From positions 256,001-320,000 of the forward strand of contig JAVJQW010000057.1 of the NCBI GenBank assembly GCA_040218735.1: DNA of 64,000 nucleotides. The letters run 5' to 3'. Every line of letters starts with the position of its first letter. The first letter of the stretch is position 1. The translations under genes and the position numbers were made by a program. The DNA is from Deltaproteobacteria bacterium. Lineage in GTDB: Bacteria; Myxococcota; Kuafuiibacteriia; Kuafuiibacteriales; Kuafuiibacteriaceae. Shown in pieces: positions 59,099 through 64,000 of this stretch. The notes below the pieces were generated by a model. It searched no databases, was not told the origin of the DNA, and saw nothing but the letters and a program-made list of their open reading frames with translations.

Positions 59099-59766
59099 TG
59101 AACCTGCGATGGACCGCGCCGCTGCTGGCGCTGGCGATGCTCGCGTGTGACACGGCGACCCCCGACGGGACGCCGAACGAGAACCCGACCGAGACGCTGT
59201 ACCCGGATGAGTGGGCGCACGCGATGCCCGAGGACCGTGGGACGGCGACGATTCACCCCACGCCCGTCGACGTCGACGTCGACGGACGGATCGCACGACG
59301 GATGTCCGTCGACCAGCTGCGCCGCTCGATCCCGGTGCTGTTCGACGGCATCACCTGGACCGTGACCGTGCGTGGCCGGGAGCAGATCGGCTTCGACGTG
59401 CTCTCGCGAACGCTCGGCGAGGCGGATTACATTCAAGCGACCTCCCACAACGAGGAGCCTTCGCCGCTGTTCGCGAAGTTCATGGACGACATGGCGTCCG
59501 ACGTCTGCAACAAGGCGATCCGTGCGGACCTCGAGGCCACCGCCGGCGAGCCGCGGTTGGTCATCCACGACGAGGCCGACGTCGACGCGACGCTTCGGTT
59601 CCTCCGCCTGAAGCTGCACGGAATCTACGTGCCCGACGGCTCCACGGAGGGGCTAGAAGATCTGCGCGCGCTCTACGACGACGTGACGGCGGCGCAGGGC
59701 ACGCAGGTCGGCTGGTTCTCGGTGTGCATCGCGATGCTCACCGCGCCCGAGCTCATTGCGTACTGA
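59098..59766 (+). CDS. hypothetical lipoprotein of the DUF1501 operon
   Basis: LAMLAC lipobox; RRMSVDQL; C-terminal GWFSVCIAMLTAPELIAY. Confidence 0.7.
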   Translation: MNLRWTAPLLALAMLACDTATPDGTPNENPTETLYPDEWAHAMPEDRGTATIHPTPVDVDVDGRIARRMSVDQLRRSIPVLFDGITWTVTVRGREQIGFDVLSRTLGEADYIQATSHNEEPSPLFAKFMDDMASDVCNKAIRADLEATAGEPRLVIHDEADVDATLRFLRLKLHGIYVPDGSTEGLEDLRALYDDVTAAQGTQVGWFSVCIAMLTAPELIAY

Positions 59767-59789
59767 AGGCGAGCGAAGGAGACACCACG

Positions 59790-61124
59790 ATGAAACGACG
59801 TACGTTCCTCAAGACCCTCGGCATCGGCGCCGGCGCCTTCATGGCGCACAACTACCTTCGCCCACGGCGCGCGTTCGCCGCGGCGGACCGCAGCTTTGTG
59901 TTCTGCTACTTCAGGGGCGGCTGGGACACGCTCCTGTCACTCGACCCACGGGACCCGAACGTCTTCACGGAGGCGCGACGGGAGGAGACGCGGATCGAGC
60001 TGGCGTGGGATCAGCTCCCCGCGGGCTACCCGCGCACGATCCTCCAGCCCTCGGGATCCAACATCCAGTTCGGTCCGGTGATGGAGGCGATGGCGCCACA
60101 CTACGAGAAGATGTGCGTGGCCCGCGGCCTGTCGATGAACACCGTCGCGCACGACGTCGGGCGGCGCTACTTCATCACCGGCCAGACGCCCCGCGGGAAC
60201 ACCGCGGCGGGATCAGCGGTGCCGACGCGCATCGTCGCGCAGCAGGGCGACCAGTCGCCGTTCCCGAACCTGGTGATGGGCGCGGAGACCTACAACGACG
60301 GGCTCCCCGCGTTTGCGTCGGGGCTGACGGTCAACTCGGTGACGGATCTGGTGACCTCGCTGACGGTGGGCCCCGGCGCGCCGCCGGCGGCGGTCCGCGA
60401 TCGCATCGCGGCCTACCGCGACGGCAAGCCGCTGTGTGATCCGGTCGGGCACGACCGCCGTGGTCTGCTGACCCGTTTGGGCGACAGCCAGATCAAGGCG
60501 CGCGAGCTCGTGGAGTCCGGCCTCTCTTCGAAGTTCGCGTTTGCGAACGCCAACGACTCGGAGATGACCGCGCTGAGGTCACGCTACGGGATCCAGAACA
60601 TCGACGGCGTCCCCGCGCAGGCGGCGGCGGCGTTCCAGGCGTTGAAGTACGAGCTGACGCAGGTCATCACGATCGACGCGACGCAGAACCTCGACACCCA
60701 CGACGGCAACTGGGCGACCGACCAACCGGACAACCAGGCGGAGGGGTGGACGGCGCTCGCGCAGCTGATCACCGATCTCGAGAGCGAGCCCGACCCCACG
60801 CGCGGCGGGACGCTCCTCGACAACACGACGATCCTCTGCTTCTCGGAGTTCTCGCGGACGCCGCTGTTGAACAACCGCGGCGGGCGCGACCACCACCTCG
60901 CCACGAGCTGCGCGCTGATCGGCGCGGGCGTCCCCGGCAACCGCGTGGTGGGCGCGACGAGCGACGTCGGCATGACGCCGATGGCGATCGACCCGAACAC
61001 CGGCGCGGTGCAGGACGGCGGCACCATCATCACGCCGACCTTGGTCATCGCCTCGCTGATGCAGGCTGCGGGTTACGACGTCACCGCGCTGCGCACCGAC
61101 GGCCTCCCCTGCCTGATGGCGTAG
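59790..61124 (+). CDS. DUF1501 family protein with Tat signal
   Basis: MKRRTFLK; YFRGGWD, LDTH, FSEFSRTP..N..GGRDHH, VVGATS. Confidence 0.85.
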   Translation: MKRRTFLKTLGIGAGAFMAHNYLRPRRAFAAADRSFVFCYFRGGWDTLLSLDPRDPNVFTEARREETRIELAWDQLPAGYPRTILQPSGSNIQFGPVMEAMAPHYEKMCVARGLSMNTVAHDVGRRYFITGQTPRGNTAAGSAVPTRIVAQQGDQSPFPNLVMGAETYNDGLPAFASGLTVNSVTDLVTSLTVGPGAPPAAVRDRIAAYRDGKPLCDPVGHDRRGLLTRLGDSQIKARELVESGLSSKFAFANANDSEMTALRSRYGIQNIDGVPAQAAAAFQALKYELTQVITIDATQNLDTHDGNWATDQPDNQAEGWTALAQLITDLESEPDPTRGGTLLDNTTILCFSEFSRTPLLNNRGGRDHHLATSCALIGAGVPGNRVVGATSDVGMTPMAIDPNTGAVQDGGTIITPTLVIASLMQAAGYDVTALRTDGLPCLMA

Positions 61125-61128
61125 CGCC

Positions 61129-61875
61129 TCACCGTGTGAACGCCTCGATCGCCGCGACCATCGTCGCCGGCTCGGCGGTGGTCGCTCGGCGCAGGTGCTC
61201 GGCGTAGAGCGCGGCGACCTCCACGGGGTGCTCCGGATCCGTGCCGGGGATGACCAACGCCGGCGCATCGATCCGCGCGAGCGCCTCCAAACCTTCGAAC
61301 GGCGCGGCGCACGACGCGAGGAACCGCGTGGTGGCCGCGACGCTCGCGGGGTCGAAGCCGAGCATCATCTCGATCGCCGCGCCCCGAATCGGATCCGGCA
61401 GCGCCGCGTAGAGGGGGCGCAACGCTTCGATCCCTTCGGCGAGCGTTCGTTGCCCCGCCTCGTCCATCTTCGCGAACGCGGCGCGCTGCGCGTCGTTCCA
61501 GTGGCCCGCGTAGACGGGTGAGACGAACACCAGCCCGAGGAGGCGCTCCGGGAAGTCGAGCGCGAAGCGCGCTGCGACCGCCGACCCCGCGGACGTGCCG
61601 CCGACGAAGGCCCGCTCGATACCGAGGTGGTCGAGGAGCCCCGCGACGTCCGCCGCGAGCAGCCCCCAGTCGAGCGCGCCCGCGTAGCACGAGCGCCCGC
61701 TCCCGCGCATGTCGGGCGTTATCACCCGGCGCGCCCCGGCGAGCGCGCCGACGTACATCAGCGCCGCCCGGTGATCGGCGAGCCCTCCGTGGAGAAAGAC
61801 CAGCGGCGTCCCTTCGCCTTGGTCGAGTGCATACAGAACGGCGCCTTCACGCGCGAACGTCGTGTCGTCAGTCAT
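61129..61875 (-). CDS. alpha/beta hydrolase
   Basis: AAGGAG SD; LVFLHGG, PDMRGSGRS, GTSAG nucleophile elbow, GTDPEHP. Confidence 0.88.
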   Translation of the reverse strand: MTDDTTFAREGAVLYALDQGEGTPLVFLHGGLADHRAALMYVGALAGARRVITPDMRGSGRSCYAGALDWGLLAADVAGLLDHLGIERAFVGGTSAGSAVAARFALDFPERLLGLVFVSPVYAGHWNDAQRAAFAKMDEAGQRTLAEGIEALRPLYAALPDPIRGAAIEMMLGFDPASVAATTRFLASCAAPFEGLEALARIDAPALVIPGTDPEHPVEVAALYAEHLRRATTAEPATMVAAIEAFTR

Positions 61876-61906
61876 GTTGTCGTGCTCCTTCGGACGCGGT
61901 GGTCCT

Positions 61907-61945
61907 GAAAATGAAAACGCCAGCTCCCGCGAGGGGAGCCGGCGT
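61907..61945 (-). terminator. putative intrinsic terminator or attenuator
   Basis: Minus strand ACGCCGGCTCCC-CTCGC-GGGAGCTGGCGT followed by TTTCATTTT. Confidence 0.6.
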
Positions 61946-61992
61946 CCGATGCCGATGAGTGTCGTCGAAACGGCGGGGCGCCGCAACCCGCC

Positions 61993-63819
61993 TCAGCGGA
62001 AGACGGCCGTCCAGTTCAGCTGCGTCGGATCGGCCTCGCCGAAGTACGCGCCGCTCGCGAGCGGGTCGCGGTCGGCGGAGGGCCACGGGGTCGCCGTGCG
62101 ATCGTAGCTCCCCGGCCCGAGCGAGATGATGCTGAGGCGGTCGTCGCTGAGCGTCACGAGCTCGAGGTCACGCAGCGCGAACGAGTCCTCGTCGTTGTCC
62201 TCGGGGCCATCGATGTCGGTGATCACCACGTGGCGACGTCCGGTCTGGCTCGTCATCGCGATCGGCCAACCTTCGAGCACACGCCCCTCCGCGTCGGCCG
62301 CCGAGAGCTGCGGCGCGTACGTGGAGTGCGAGACGATCTCCAACCCCGGCGCGCCGTCGACGTTGCCGAGCAAGGCGTATTGCGCTCCCGACGCGACGCC
62401 TTCGCCCCACAGCGGCCTCGACACACTCACCCCGCCGCCCGTGAGGGAGAAACGATGCGCGACACCGTCGTCGACGATCACCGCGTACGGCGGAGCATCC
62501 GGATCCACGCGCCCCACCGCGACCCGCACGTCGAGATCCTGCGTCAGCGGCGGCGACACGTCGCGGAGGCTGTGCCCGTGCCGAACCCACGATCGCCAAC
62601 CGCGCCCCGCCGGCTCCAACCCGATGAGCTCGACGGCGTCGGCCGTCACGCGCACGACGCCGGGCTCCTCCACGCTGGCGAGCGCAGCGGGCGCCCGCAT
62701 CAACGCACCCCGCGGTGCGCCGGGCGCGGGGAAGTAGTCACCCCGGATGTAGATGCCGAACGGTGGCGTCGCCGCGGGCACCACGAGCACCGCGCCGTCC
62801 TGCGCCGCGAACGCGAGCGGCGCGAGCGGGACCGTGGCGCTCGTGTTGACGAGATCGATCTCCTCGAGCGGATTCGTCGTGCGCTCCGGATGGAAGACGA
62901 GGAGCGTCACCGGCGCCTCGTCACCGACGGGCACACCCGTGCGGTCGAGCGCGGCGTAGATGATCTCCGGGTTGGCGTCGCCGTCGAGGTCGATGACGAC
63001 CGGGTCCGAGATGTCGTCGACACCGAAGCGCGCCGGCGCGCGCACCGAACGAACGCGTCCACAACGCCCCACGGGGAACGCGGCGATCAGCTGGAACGGG
63101 GCCTCGCAGAGCGCGCCGACCACCGCGCGCGCGACGTCCGCACCGCTCGGCCCGACGGCCATCGCGCCGGAGCGGACGTGGCACCACTTGAAGGTGGAGT
63201 CACCGACGCACTGCCGCATCTCGGCGAGCGGTTGCAGGCGCACCTCGCAGGTGTCATCACCGCGGAGGAGACCGGCGTGGGCAAGGTTCCCGTTGGCGCT
63301 GACGATCACTTCACGCTCGACGCGCGAGCCGTACAGATCGAACACCGCGAGCGCGTTGGTGTCCGGAGGCGCCGGGATGCCGACGTCGCCGACCGGAACC
63401 TCCACCTCGCAGCGCGAGCGCTCGCTGGTCCGCGAGAGGAGCGCGAGGTCGAGCACGCGCCGTTCGCCCTCGGCGGCGGGGAGCGCGGTGAACGCCTGCG
63501 TCGCCGTCACGCTGCGCCCGGTGCGAAAGCCGTCGATCGCCACGGTCACCGGCGTCTCGGGTTCGCCGTAGACGACGAAGCTCAGGCGATCGGGATCCGT
63601 CCAACGCCCGTCGCCGGCCTCGAACGGACAGGTCCCGCTGAGAGCGCCGTCGAAGGGGATCGTGCAGGAGACGAATGCGCTCTGTTTCATCGCGTCGCCC
63701 TTCGCGACCTCCAGGTACATCTGCTCGAGATCCTGGTCGCGGATCGTCACGCGGACTTCGAGCGCCGCCGGGTCGGCGCAGCAGGACAACGCGAGCGCGA
63801 GGAGCCACGGCCTCTTCAC
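61993..63819 (-). CDS. exported protein or lipoprotein with FG-GAP/VCBS-like repeats
   Basis: MKRPWLLALALSCC; DLDGDANPEI, GNVDGAPGLEI, TDIDG. Confidence 0.65.
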   Translation of the reverse strand: MKRPWLLALALSCCADPAALEVRVTIRDQDLEQMYLEVAKGDAMKQSAFVSCTIPFDGALSGTCPFEAGDGRWTDPDRLSFVVYGEPETPVTVAIDGFRTGRSVTATQAFTALPAAEGERRVLDLALLSRTSERSRCEVEVPVGDVGIPAPPDTNALAVFDLYGSRVEREVIVSANGNLAHAGLLRGDDTCEVRLQPLAEMRQCVGDSTFKWCHVRSGAMAVGPSGADVARAVVGALCEAPFQLIAAFPVGRCGRVRSVRAPARFGVDDISDPVVIDLDGDANPEIIYAALDRTGVPVGDEAPVTLLVFHPERTTNPLEEIDLVNTSATVPLAPLAFAAQDGAVLVVPAATPPFGIYIRGDYFPAPGAPRGALMRAPAALASVEEPGVVRVTADAVELIGLEPAGRGWRSWVRHGHSLRDVSPPLTQDLDVRVAVGRVDPDAPPYAVIVDDGVAHRFSLTGGGVSVSRPLWGEGVASGAQYALLGNVDGAPGLEIVSHSTYAPQLSAADAEGRVLEGWPIAMTSQTGRRHVVITDIDGPEDNDEDSFALRDLELVTLSDDRLSIISLGPGSYDRTATPWPSADRDPLASGAYFGEADPTQLNWTAVFR

Positions 63820-64000
63820 GGCGGTGCCTCCGTCCTGCCGAGGGTTCCGTCCGCGGATGGCAAGTCAGGTTGCGCGACGAACGCCACCGCCACGGCCGAC
63901 CCGACCACCGCCGTCCCGACGAGCGCCCAGACCCACCACGCCGGACCGGAGTCGACCTCGACCACGACCCCCTTGGCGTTCGGGCGCGTGGGCAACAACA
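63816..64000 (-). CDS. 3' end of a membrane-associated protein (partial)
   Basis: PAWWVWALVGTAVVGSAVAVAFV hydrophobic segment, similar to C-termini of myxobacterial PEGA/TPR proteins; continues beyond the window. Confidence 0.5.
   Translation of the reverse strand, partial: LLPTRPNAKGVVVEVDSGPAWWVWALVGTAVVGSAVAVAFVAQPDLPSADGTLGRTEAPP

Overview
High-GC bacterial DNA, most likely Myxococcota or a related Deltaproteobacterium, judged from the myxobacterial Cys-rich repeats, many lipoproteins, an ECF/FecR operon and a DUF1501 operon. It holds about 45 real CDSs; most other ORFs in the track are GC-rich antisense shadows. I saw no rRNA, tRNA, CRISPR array or transposase. The best candidate for an undescribed system is 1-7711: an Omp85-type barrel (missing from the ORF track because it runs off the left edge), an NTT/TLC-like nucleotide translocase fused to HEAT repeats, a tandem cNMP-binding protein, a lipoprotein carrying an atypical kinase domain, and a Ppx/GppA phosphatase. 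These are arranged as two divergent pairs, and all four transcription units have a sigma54-type -24/-12 motif just upstream of the start codon. Other notable content: a pyrimidine-catabolism operon with a plant-PYD1-like dehydrogenase and no PreT; a ~3880-aa secreted protein (3 x 7 CARDB-like domains, 18 Cys-rich repeats, 2 LamG-like domains, 21 x DSGVPP); a repeat-containing HExxH protein paired with a lipoprotein; a divergent EF-Tu paralogue behind a uORF and alternative hairpins; CX9C-repeat lipoproteins in an ECF/FecR operon; and a CxxCH/DUF1501 operon. All family calls are motif recognition by eye, not database searches.
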